This document shows positions 43,167-54,853 of a stretch of DNA of 64,000 nt, in pieces (positions within the stretch are counted from its first letter, which is position 1; every line of letters begins with the position of its first letter). This DNA comes from Scenedesmus sp. PABB004. Its lineage: Eukaryota. The stretch is from the NCBI GenBank assembly GCA_014905635.1, contig JABVCE010000004.1:1488001-1552000 (forward strand). The letters run 5' to 3'. Made by a program: the position numbers and the translations under genes. The notes beneath the pieces are model-generated. The model saw only the letters and a program-made list of their open reading frames with translations, made no database searches and had not been told where the DNA came from.

Positions 43167-46100
43167 TCAGTTGCGCGGCCCCGCGGGCGCGCCGGCGCCG
43201 CCGCGGCCGCCCCGGCCGGCGGCGCCGCCCGCGGCGGGCTTGGCGCCGCCGGGCCCGTCGCCGTGCGGCGTCGCGGTGAGGCGCAGGCCCTCGGCCAGCT
43301 TGAGGGTCAGCGCGATCGTCTGGCTCTTGCGCACCGCCTCGGGCTTGCCCATGCTCGGGCTCAGCTCAAACCAGAAGCGCCCCAGCAGCGTGGCGAGCAC
43401 GGTGCGCACCTCCATCAGCCCGAGCGCCTGCGGCGCGCGGCGGGCGGCACGGGGGCGCGGCGCCGCGCGGGCTGGGCTGGGCGCCGCCGCGCAGCGTGCG
43501 CGCTGCAGGCGCTGCCGGCGCCGCGCGCCGCCGCCGCCGCCGCCGCCTGCCGCGTTCGCACCTGGCCGAGGCAGCTCTTGAGGCCGTCGGAGAAGGGCGC
43601 GAAGCGCCGCGCGCGCCGCTCGTCGCCGTTGCCGCCGCCCGCGCCGCCGCCGCCGCCGGCCGTGCTGCTCTCGGCGCTGCCGGCCGGGGCGCTGGCGTAG
43701 GCGCAGTCGCGGCTGTCCAGCCAGCGCTCCTGCGGGCGGGGGCGGGGCGCCGCGCGTGGGCCGGCGGGCGTACGTGCGGCGGCAGCCCGGGACCTGTCAG
43801 GCCCGGGCCCGCGCGCGTGTGCCGCACCGGCTTGAAGCTCGCGGGGTCGTCCCAGTTGTGGGTGCTGTTCTGCAGCGTGTAAATCATCGGCCACACCACG
43901 ATGCCCTCCGGCACCCGGTAGGGACCGATCTGCGTCGGCGCCGTCGTCTCGCTGCGCGCCGGCGGCGGCGCGCGTGGGCGTTGGCAGCGCGAGCGGGCGT
44001 CGGCGGCGCGCCAGGGCGCGCAGGGGCGGGGGCGCGCGGCGCGGCACGCCCGGCCGAGCAGGGCGCGCTGCAGGGGCGGCGGCGGCAGGGGCAGCCCGCG
44101 CGGCGGCAGGGGCAGCGGGGGACGGCGGCGCGGCGGCGCACCGCACGCTGCCGGTGGCGGCGACGGGGAACATGCGCATGCTCTCGTCGACCACGGCGTT
44201 GAGGTAGGCCAGGCGGCCGAGGTCCTCGTACGCGAGCTGCCGCGGCGTCACGCAGTTGCCCTGCGCGGGCGCACGCAGGCGGCACGCGCCGCGCGCGTGA
44301 GCCGGCCAACGGCGGCGGCCGCGAGCTCCGGGCGGCGGCGCGGCTGCGGGCGCCGGGCCGGGCCGCACCTGGCCCTGGTGGAGCAGGCCCGCCGCGCTGA
44401 GCTCGCTCTTGACGCGCCGCTGCACCTCGGGGTGGGCGGCGACGTTGAAGCTGCGCGACGTGCGGGATGCGGGGCGGGCGGTTCGCCGGCGCAGGCAGGC
44501 GGCGGCGCGGGCAGGCGGCGCGGGCAGGGGCGGGCGGCGTCGCCGCGGCGGCGTGGCACTCACAGGCACCAGGCGATGGTGTGGCTGCTGGTGTCAAAGC
44601 CGGCCAGGATGAAGGCGCCGATCTCAGGCAGCAGCTGCTCCTTGCTCAGCGGCTTGCCTGCGCGCGCCCGGCAGGGTGGGGCGCGGCGGGCCGATGAGTG
44701 GCGCGCAGCGGGGCAGGCGCGCGCCGCGCCGCGCCGCGCGGCCGCCGCGGCGGCGCGCGCGGCGCGTCGCCCACCCGTGGCGGGGTCCTTGAGGCGCGCA
44801 AGGCAGGCCCACAGCACCGTCTCCTCCTCGGGCGGCACGCCGCGCGCGCGCAGGGTGTCGTAGATGCGGCCGTACAGCCCGCCCAGCACGTGCTGCGCGC
44901 ACCACACCTTGTAGCCCCACTGCCGCCCGCGGCGGCGGCGCGCGCGCGTGGGCGTCGTCAGGCAGTCGCGCGGCGGCGCGCGTGGGGCGGCGGCGCGGCT
45001 GCAGCACCGCACGGCCGCGGCGGCACGGCCGCTGCGGCACGGCCGCGGCGGCATGGCCGCGGCGGCGGTGCCTCACGCGCGGCGAGACGAGGTTGACAAA
45101 CGCCTTGCGCAGCGGGAACTTGATGCGCTCGTTGGCCTCCGCCAGCACCGTCGTCATCGCGTGCCCCACCTCCTCGCTGTTCACGCGCCGCTGCGGCGGG
45201 GCGCGCCGCGCGGGGCGCGCCGCGCGGCGCGGGCGGGGCGGGCGGTCGGCCGCCGCCGCCGCGCCGCGAGTGCGCCGCTCCGCCGCCCCGCGCTGCGCGG
45301 CGCTGCTGAGCCCAGCGCTGCGCCTCTTGCGCCGCGCGCACCAGGTCCATCTCGAAGAGCCCCTCCAAGAAGACGTCCAACAGCATCATCTCCACCTGGG
45401 CCGCCGCGCGCCACGGACAGCGACGCACGCGGGCGGGACACGATGCGGGGCAGCGACGTCAGGCCGGCGCCCGTGCGCGGCGGCGGCCGACCCCCCAACC
45501 CACACCCACACCCACACAGCCCTGCACGCTGCCGCCCGCCCCGGCGCGCCTGCTCCTGCATCTCCACCCCCGAGCGGCTGGTCTTGGACGCGAGCTTGAC
45601 CTGCTCCGCCAGGCCCTGCGCGTGCTTGAGCGCGCACGTGAAGTAGCGCCTGCGCCGCGAGCGAGCGCGCGAGGCGCGCCGCGTCGGCCGGGCGCGCGGC
45701 GCGCGCGGCGGCCGCCGGCCGCCAGCGGCGCGCCGTCGGCAGCGCGCGCGCGCCTGATGTTGACCTGGCTGAAGGCCTGCGCGGTGCCCTTGCGCACGTT
45801 GGCCCACTGCACCTCGTCGGTGGTGGTGAAGAAGCTGCGCCGGCCGAGGTGGTTGGTCGCGAGGTCAAAGAACTGATAGCCGATGCACCTGAGCGCGGCG
45901 CGCGGCGCGGTGAACCAGGGTCACTGCGCGGCGCCGCGCGGGCCCAGGTTCACGGCGGCGGCGGGAGCGCGGCGCCGCTCACTTGCGCGGCAGCGCGCCG
46001 GGGCCGCGGCCGAGCAGCTGCGCGACGAGGCCCGGGTCGCTCACGAGCACGACGTGCTGCCCGCCCAGGCTGAAGCGGCACACGCCGCCGTACTGGTCGG

Positions 46101-46489
46101 CCCACTCCTGCGCCGGCGCGGCGCGGCGCGGGCGTGAGCAGGGGGCTGCCGTGCGCGGCGGCGCGCGGTGCTGCGGCCGGCCGCCCGCCAGCCGCGCCGC
46201 CGCCGCGGGCCGCCGCACCAGCGCCTGGACGTGGTAGTCGGGGCGCATGAGGTAGGGGATGTGCCCTGCGCATGCGGGGGCGCGTGGGCGGGGCGCGTGC
46301 GAGCGCTGCGCGCGTGCGCGTGCGGCGCGGCGCGGCGTGCCGAGGCCCGCCGCCGCTGCGCGGGCGCGCACCGGCGAGCCGGTAGCCCGGCGGGCCGGGT
46401 ATCTTGCGGAGGTCGAACTTGGGGCCGAACAGGTTGTTGCGCAGCAGGTTGAGGTAGAAGCGCAGCTCCTCGCTCGCGCCCAGCGACAT
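43167..46489 (-). CDS. Cytochrome P450 (about 14 coding exons)
   Basis: IPGPPG hinge, I-helix FILAGFDTSS, K-helix ESMR, FKP/ERW, heme motif FSDGLKSCLGQ. Confidence 0.95.
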
Positions 46490-46888
46490 CTGCGCGCGGC
46501 GGCGCGCGGCGGCGGCCGTCGCGCGCGCTGCTGCCGCCGCCGCGCGCGCCGCTGCCGCGCCGCCGCGGCCGCAGCGGCCGCGCCAGCGGCGCGCTCACGG
46601 TGCCCCGCGCGTCCTGGGGCGCCCGGCGGGCGCGCGGCGAGGCGGCGATCGCGCGGCGGCGGCGGGCGCTGCGCGGCGGGCCTAAACGCTCACGGGCGCC
46701 TCCTGGGCGCGGCGCGCGAGGGAGTGCACGCGGCAGCGGTCCGGGCGCGCCAAGGACAGCGCGGGGCCGCGCGGCGCAGCGGCGGCTGGACCGCGACTGA
46801 CGACGACGTCGCGCGCCGCGCGCAGCCGCGATCGGGCTTCCCTGACCAGTCCGGCCCTCCCCCTCACCACTCGCCTGCCACTGCGACG

Positions 46889-48060
46889 ATGGACGCCGCC
46901 GCGCCGCCGCACGGCCCGCCGCCCGCGTGCGCTGCGCTCGCGGCGAGCTCAGCCGCGGCGGCCGGCCTGGCGCCCGTGGCTGTGCCGGTCAGCGTCAACG
47001 TCATCCATCTCGTCTGCCTCGACCACGCGCACGCGCGCGCGCTGTTCGACGCGTACGCCGCGCCCGCGACCACGCCCGACGCGCGGCAGCTCCTCGGCTG
47101 GAGCCTCATCTCGGTGCGGCGGCGTGCCGGGCCTGCGCGGCGCGGCACGCACACGCGCAGCGCCACCACGAGCGCCGCCGCCGCTGCGGGCCGCTGGCCG
47201 CAGGCGCTGTCGAGCCACAGCGCGCGCGAGGAGATGGTGCTGTACCCGGTGGTGCGCGGCACGCTGGGGCCGGCCGCCGCCGACGCGGCGCAGGCGGAGC
47301 ACGCCGCGCTCAAGTCGCAGCTCGCGGCGCTGGACGCGATGAGCGTGGCGGACCCGGCCTTTGACGGCACGCTGCGCGCGGCGATGGCGGCGGCGGTGGC
47401 GCACATGGCGGAGGAGGAGGCGACGACGCTGCCGGCGCTCGCGTCGCTGCTGAGCGCGGAGGCGCAGCTCGCGCTGGGCGTCCAGTTTGAGGCCGCCAAG
47501 GCGCGCATGCTGCGCAGCGGGGCCGCCGCCGGGGCGCGGGCCGGCGGGCGGCCTTGCGCGCGCCGCGCGGCGCCGCCTGCCCCACCCGCCAGCGAGCGCG
47601 CGCGCGCGCCGCGCGCCCGCAGGTGCGCGCGCCGACGCGGCCGCACCCCGAGGCCACCAGCTTGCCGCCATTCAACGAAACGGCGTTTGCAGCAGCCAAG
47701 CAGGTCGACACCGCGCTCGACCAGGCGCGCATGCCGAGCCTGGTGCCCTCGGTGGTGGGCCTCAGCCCCGCGGGCGCCGCCGCCCTGCAGGCTGGGGCGC
47801 CCGCGCCCCTGCCCGCGCCCGCGGGCGCCGCGGGGCAGGCCGAGCACGCCGCCGAGCCCGCCGCGGCGGCGGCGGCCAGCGTCGCGGGCACGCGCGTGGC
47901 GACGGTCGAGGGCGGCGGCGCGCGTGCCGCGTCGGGCGACACCGAGATGATGCTGGCGGGCCAGGCGGCGGGCGACGAGGGCATGGGTGAGCCGGGCGAC
48001 GACGACGACGCGCTCGGCGCGGCAGGCGGCATGCCGGGAGACCTCACCGCGGCTGCGCCG

Positions 48061-48110
<50 letters not shown>

Positions 48111-48201
48111 CGGCACGGCGAGCTGCGAGGACGTGCCGGCGGCCAAGCGCGCGGCGCGGGGGCTCGCGCCCAGCGGCGCGCCCGAGGGCGTCGGCGCGTG
48201 A
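46889..48201 (+). CDS. Hemerythrin/HHE cation-binding domain protein (3 exons)
   Basis: LDH, HSAREEMVLYP, AEH and HMAEEE metal-ligand pattern followed by APTRPHP. Confidence 0.85.
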
Positions 48202-48358
48202 GGGGCGCGCTGGGGACCCAGCAGCAGCCCGCAGCGGCGGCCGGCCGGTTGGCTCCGCGTTGCCGCTCAACGAGGGGCTGCTCGGTGGAAGCGTAAACAC
48301 GCGTTGTTACTCGGCGGCGCGCGCCGGCACAACTGCAGCCGCGGCCGGCGCCGCGCCG

Positions 48359-51300
48359 TCACGCCGCCAGCGCGGCGCGCACCGCGCCGAGCACCAGCTC
48401 CCGCAGCTCCGCGCGCTCGCTCCGGAACCACGCGTCCATGCCCGGCACGCCGCGCGTGAGGCGCAGCTCCAGCAGCACCTGCGCGCCGCCGTGTACGCGC
48501 GCCGTGGCGTACAGCGCGTCCTGCCCCGTGCCGGGCACCTGCGCGCGCGCGCGGGCGTGTGCGGGCGGGCGCAGTGGCGTCGGCGTCGGCGCCGGCCGCG
48601 GTGCCCCGCGCTCTCCCTCCGGGGGAGCGCGGCGCCCCGTCGGTTCCGCGCAGCGCCCGGGGCCGGCGGCCGCGCGCCGCACCGGGCGCTGCGCGAGCAC
48701 AAACACGCGGACGGCCGCCAGCGCCGCCTTTGCCGCGTCGCCGTCGGCGACGGTGACGTCGAGGCGCTGCGCGGGCGTCTCAGGCAGCGCGCGCCAGGCG
48801 GCGAGGAAGGCCTGGCCGTCGATGGCGCCGCCCTCCTCCAGCACCGCGGGCAGCGGCACCGCGTCGTCCCAGTACAACACGCCCAGCTGGTCGCTGCGCA
48901 GCGCCACCTGCGCGCGCGGCAGGCGCGGACGAGCTGGGACGCGCGCGGCCCTCGCGCGCGGCGCTGGGCGTGCGCGCGCCGGGCGGCGGCGGCGCGCGCC
49001 GCGCGCGCCGCGCGACGGGACGCGCCTGCAGCCGCGTGCTCGCCGGCGGCGGCGCGAGCTTTGCCGGGTTGAACGCCAGCGGCACCGCCGCGCGCCCGAC
49101 GCCGCCGGGCGCGAGCGGCCCCACGGCGACGACCTGGTCCGCGGGCGCGACGCCAAAGCTGCGGCGCGGCGCGGGCAGGGCGCGCGCGAGGGGCGCCGTC
49201 GCACGGCGCGGCACGCGGGGCGGGCGTCGCGGGGCCGCCGCAGCAAGCGCAAGCGGCCGCCGCAGCGCCGCACCTGTTGCTGTTGACCTGAAGCATGAAG
49301 CCGCCGACCGGCCCCGCGCTGCCGTTGCTGATGGCCAGGTCGTACACGAGGCCGCCGCCCCCCGCGCGGCGCAGCTGCCCCGCGACGCTCAGGCCCTTGC
49401 CCTTCTCGCCGCCCAGCAGCAGCGGCAGGCCCGCCGGCAGCGCGCCCGGCGCTGGCGGCGCCGCGGCGGCGGGGGCGGGTGGGGCGCCAAACATGTCGAA
49501 CGGGTCCGCCGCCGCGGCCGCGGCCGCGGCGGGCGGCGCGGCCGCAGCCGCTGCTGCGGGCGCCGCCGCCGCCGCCGCGGGCGCGATGTCCAGCCCGCCC
49601 AGCAGGTCGTCCAGGCCGCCTGCGCGCGGGGGCGACGGCGCGGGCGGGTGAGTGGTGAGCGGCGCGCGGGCCGGGGCCGGCGCGCGCGCGCGCAGGGCCG
49701 CGCCGCGCAGGCGGCGGCGCCGCGCACCGGGCGTGGCCGCGCCCGCCGCGGGCGCGGGCGCGGGCGGCGCCGGCCCGCCCAGCAGGTCGTCGCCCAGCAG
49801 GTCCACGACCGGCGCGGAGCTGGCGGCGGGCGCGGGCGGCGCCGCCGGCGCGCCGCCGACCTGCGGCGCGCCGCGCAGCGAGCCCCGCGGCGCCGGCGTC
49901 AGCGACGGCGGCGCCCGCGATCACGGCGCCGCGCGCGCGCCCGCGCGCGCGCGCCGCCGCGCACCGCCGCCGCGCCGCCGCCGCCGCCGCCGTCGTCGTC
50001 GAGCCCCGCCTCGACGAGCGCCGCGCCGGCGCCGGCGCCGCCGGCGGCGAGCGCGTCGACGCTCGCGACGGCGAGGCGCTGCCGGCTGACAAAGGTGTCT
50101 GCCGGCTTGTGGAAGACGGAGGCGAGGCTGGCGATCTGGTGCATGAGCGACCGCAGCAGCGCGGGGTCGAGGGTCGCCGCGTCGTCGGTGATGACCGGCT
50201 TGCTCGCGAGCACCACGTCCTTGGCCGCCTGGGGGTGTGTGTGTGGGGGGGGGGGGGGGGGGCATGGCGACGAGCGCGTGGGCGAGTGGGCAGGCCGCCC
50301 GACGACGCGGCCCCCCTCCCTCCCTCCCGGCGCGGCGGCGGCGCGGCGCGGCGCGCGCCTCGGGGTCTGTCGAGAGCAGGCGCCAGTAGACATACGCGCG
50401 GTCGCGCAGGTCGGGGTTGTCCGTCTCGTTCGTCGCCGCGCTGAGCACGAGCTGGATCATGCGCTGCACGCCCTCGGTCGGCTTCTTCAGGAAGAGCTTC
50501 ACCGTCGCCGTCAGCAGCTGCAGCTGGACCTGCGGCGCCACCACGCGGCGCGGCGCGGCGCGGTCGGCGTCGCGCGGTCGGCCGCCGCGCGCGCGCGCAC
50601 GCCCCCCCTCCGCGCCCCCCGGCTCGCAGCAGCGGCGCCGCGGCGGTCGCGCACCATGCTCGTCTCCTCGGGGAAGGTCTCCAGGAATGTCTCCAGCAGC
50701 TCGTCGGCGTTGTCGATGCGCTCCGCGTACTCGCCGATGATCCACACCATGCTCGCCTTGGCCTCGGGCTCGTCCAGCGCGTCGAGCGAGTCGCAGAGCT
50801 GCGCGATGATGCTCTCATACTGGTTGGGGTAGCGCCGGAAGATGTCCTGCGTGTGTGTGTGTGTGTGTGATTGTGGGGGGGGGGGGCGTGTGATTGTGTG
50901 TGCGTGTGTGTGGGCGTGTGATTGTTGGGGGGGGGGGGTGGACAGGCGGGCGGGCGGGCGGGCGGGAGGGCGCACGGCGGCGGCGGCGCGCCGTGCACAG
51001 CGTGCGCGCGCGCTTGATGACGATGACCGCCTCCTGGACCACGTAGTTGACCTTGGTCGCGATCAGCTCCAGCAGCACCGCGATGCACCGCTGCGCCGCG
51101 GCCTCCAGGCTCACCGCGCAGCGCCCGATCGCGCGCACCGCCTGCGGCGCGCGCGCGGCCGCGGGCGCTCGGCCCGGGCGCGGGCGCCGCGCCGCCGCCC
51201 AACCCGCCGCCACACAGTGCCGCCGCGGCCGCACCTTGCGCACAAAGTCGACGTCCACCTCCTGCGCGTACTCCTTGAACTCCAGGAGCACCTGGTCGAT

Positions 51301-52811
51301 GTTCTTGTCGCTCGCGAGCTGGATCATGATCTCCAGCTTCTCCATCTTGACGTAGATGGGGTCGTTGTACTTGCAGAAAAACACCTGTTGGTGCGCGGGG
51401 CGGCGGCGGCGGCGGCGGCGCAGTTTGTGTGTGGGCGCGCGAGCGTGAGCGGGCGGCGCGGCGTGCGCGCGTGGCGCCCGCATTTTATTCACGCGGCGCC
51501 GCGCGGGCGAGGCGCGCCGCCTGCGGCGCGCGTGCTGCGGGCGCGGGCGCGCACCTTGACCTCGTGCGCGAGGATGTGGGGCCAGCGCTGCACGATGAGG
51601 CTGATGTTGCGCAGCGCGACGTACTGCACCTCCGGCTCGGCGCTCAGCAGCGTGACGAGCGGCGGCGCGAGCTTGCGGCTCCACGCGCGGATGAGCTCCT
51701 CGTTGCTCACCTCCTCCATCATGCGCAGCACCACCTGCATCGCGCAACGGAGCGGCGGCGGGGGCGGGGGAGCGCGAGCGGGCGCGCGCGTCGGACGGAG
51801 TGCGGCGCGAGGCGGCGCGCGGGCCGGCTGCGCGCGCCGCGCGCGGCCGCGCCTTGGCGGCGGAGAGCACGACCGCGCTGTTGACGTGCTGCAGGCGCGG
51901 CAGCACGCGCTCCACGATCTTCTCCGCGTCCTTGCTGTCGGTGATGGTGTAGTTGACCAGCGCGTCGAGGATGAACACCTGAGCGACCACAGGCGCGGGC
52001 GAGCGCGCGCTGAGCGGGCCGGGCGGCGGCGCGGGCGGCGCGCGGGCGGCGCGCGGGCGGCGCGCGGGCGGCGCGCGGCCGGCCCGGCGGCGCGGCGCGG
52101 GCGACGCGCGCGCGGCCCGGCGGCGCACCTGGCCCCACTCGGTGCACTCGTTGAGCGCGGCGAGGAGCTTGAAGAGCGTGTGCGGCGTGATGGTGAGCAC
52201 CTCCTTGCCGCTGACCTCCTGGATCTCCTGCAGCGCCGCGAGCGCGTTTGCCACGACCATGGGGTTGGCGTCCGACAGCATCTCCTGCGCGCACGCGCCG
52301 CGGCGGCGGGGGTCGGTCGGCCGCGCCCGCCGCCGCCGCTGCTGCTGGTGCGGCCGCCGCCGGCCGTCGCGGCTGCTGCCGCCGCCGGCCAGGCCAGCCC
52401 CCCAGCGCGGGGTCCTATGCGCACGCACGCGCAGCATGTCGAGGAAGCCGCGGTCCTCCACGAGCTCGGGGTTGATGTCAAACAGCTTCGCCACGCACAC
52501 TGCCGCGGTCTTGCGCACGTACGGGTCGTCGTCCTGCGGGCCGCGGCGGCGGCGCGCGCGGCGGCGGCGTCGCCCCCCCCCCCACGCCCGGCGCACGTGC
52601 CACTGCTCCTGCTGCCGCCGCCGCTGCCGCCGCTGCTGCCGCAGCCGCGACGCCGCGCGCTGCTGCAGCCGCGACGCCGCGCGCCACCGGCGCGCCTTGA
52701 GGCAGCGCTGCAGCGGGTCGCAGAGGTACTCGGTGATCTTGTCCACGCGGATGCAGCCCATCGTGCGCACCGCGAGCGCGCGGATGAGCGGGTTGGGCTC
52801 TTGCGAGTCCT

Positions 52812-52857
<46 letters not shown>

Positions 52858-53298
52858 GGCGCGCTGAAGCAGCGGCGGCGGGCGCGCGCTGCCGGGGCGC
52901 GCGGCGCGCGCCGCGATCGCCCGCGCGCGCGCGCCTTGACGAAGGTGTTGACCGCCATGATGGCGAGGTCGGGCTGCGTCTTGGCGTAGTTGATGAGGTA
53001 GAGGTAGACGAGCTTCTTGAGCTCCAGGTCGTCCGTCTGCATGCAGTTCACGACCGCCGGGAAGAGCATGGAGACGTCCTTGCCCACCGTCATTGCGGCG
53101 ATGACCTTCTTCACCGCCTCCTTCTTCTTGTAGCGATCGAGCGAGGCGAGCTCCTCCTTGAGCTCGTGGATCTCGCCTGCAGCAGCGGCGGGCGGCAGAT
53201 GGGCCCCAACCGCCGCCCCGCGGCGCCCCCGGGACGCGCCGCCGGGACCGGACCCTCCCCGCACCCTTCTTGGTGGTGGAGAAGTATTTGCCGTCCAT
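48359..53298 (-). CDS. AP-1/AP-2 adaptor complex beta subunit (beta-adaptin; about 17 exons)
   Basis: [109 protein letters not shown], hinge with DLLG motifs and an appendage domain. Confidence 0.97.
50851..50940. repeat. Intronic (GT)n / poly-G compound microsatellite
   Basis: GTGTGT runs, GTGTGATTGT x3 and long G tracts inside a beta-adaptin intron. Confidence 0.85.
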
Positions 53299-53518
53299 GG
53301 CTGCGGCTGCTGGGGCCGGGCGGCGGCGCGGCGCGGAGGGCGGGAGCAGCGCCGCTCACGGCGGGGCCATCAGCCGCGTGCTGCGCGCCGCCTGTGCTGC
53401 CGGGGCCGCGCGAACGGTTGTGCGGGCGGCGGCGGCGCCGCGCGGCGATCGGCGGGCGCGAGCGGGGCGCACGCCGAGGCGTCGCACGGCGAGGGTTCAC
53501 CCCGTTCGACCCCGCGCG

Positions 53519-54647
53519 TCACGCGCCGCTGGGACCGCTGCCGCCGTCGCCGCCGCCGACGCGCTTGAGGACGGCGCTCGCGAGGCCATGCAGCGAGCGC
53601 ACCTCCCACGTGCTCGCGGCGGCGCGCGAAAGGATCGCGCGCACGTGCCCCACCGGCAGCCGCCGCCGCCCGTGGCTGCCCTGCGCGCCGCCGCCGCGGC
53701 TCTCGTCGCCGCTGAGGCCCACCGCCTCCGCGATGGCCGACGCCTTGGCCAGCAGCGCGCCGAGCTCCGCCGCCGACGCCGGCTGCAGGCCCTCGCGCGC
53801 GTCGGCGCTGCCCGCGGCGCCTGCGCGCGAGCCCGCGGCGCGGCGCGGCCGGCGCACGGTCAGCTGGCCGAGGCCGGCAGGGCGCGCGCGAAGGCCCGCG
53901 CGCGCGCAGCCGCGGCCGCGCACCCGTGGTGTCGAAGCCGAGGCCGGAGAGGCCGAGCAGCGCGAGGCGGCGCTCAAACACGCCCGCCAGCACGACCGCG
54001 GCCGCGTGGGAGAGGTTCATCGAGCCCTGGATGCGCCCGGTGGGGATGGCGCACGAGTGCGAGCACAGCCGCAGCTCGGCCTCGGTCAGCCCGCTCTCCT
54101 CGCGCCCAAAGACCAGCGCCGTCCGCCCCGCCCCCGCCGCAGCCGCCGCGGGGTCGAGCGCCGCGATCGCGGACGGAAACTTCTGCAGCAGCTCGCCGAC
54201 GCTCGCGTGCGTGAAGCGCGTGGCGCCGGCGCGGCGCGTGAAGCCTAAGCTGCCGGTCGTGTCGGCGAGCGCGTCGGCCAAGCCATCGACAACGCGCAGC
54301 CGCCCCAGCACCGCCTCGCCGCACGCGACCTTCCAGGCCTCGCCGGCGAGCGGGTCGCAGCGCGGCGCGACGACCACCAGGTCCGTGCACTCAAAGTTTG
54401 CGCACGCGCGCGCGACGGCGCCGACGTTGGCCGCCGTTTTTGGCGCCACCAGCACCACGCGGCAGCTGGCCAGCAGCTGCTCCGCGCTGGCGGGTATGAG
54501 CTGCTCGTCCGCCGGGTGCGCTGGCGCGGCAGCCCGTGCGCCGCTGCTGCCGCCGGCGGCGCGGCGCTGCCAGCTGCGGCCTCGCTGCGGCCGCGTTCGA
54601 CATGTTGTCGCGGCTTGCGATCTGTGGGCAAGCTGCGCCGACTGCAT
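53519..54647 (-). CDS. SPOUT-class tRNA/rRNA 2'-O-methyltransferase, TrmJ/LasT-like, probably organellar (2 exons)
   Basis: RVVLVAPKTAANVGAVARACANF, ALVFGREESGLT, SMNLSHAAAVVL, EVRSLHGL; transit-peptide-like N-terminus. Confidence 0.9.
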
Positions 54648-54853
54648 CGCGACCGTGTGCGAGCTGTGGGCGGCTGGCCGCTGCTGCGGTCGCCGCTGCT
54701 GTCCGGCCCCTGTGCTCGCGGCTGCGTGCTCGCGCACACGCGCGTTCCGGCGGGAGACAAATCAAGCAGTACGCTCAGTTCATTCGTTGGCCCGCCACCG
54801 CTGCGGGCCGCGCCACAAAGCCCTGCGCCACGGCTCGGCCGGCGCCCCCGCCC

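Noticed and set aside
53368..53372. TGATG overlap suggesting translational coupling of TrmJ and beta-adaptin
   Set aside because: The spliced TrmJ frame stops at 53519, and the 53370 ATG is out of frame with beta-adaptin for every nearby acceptor
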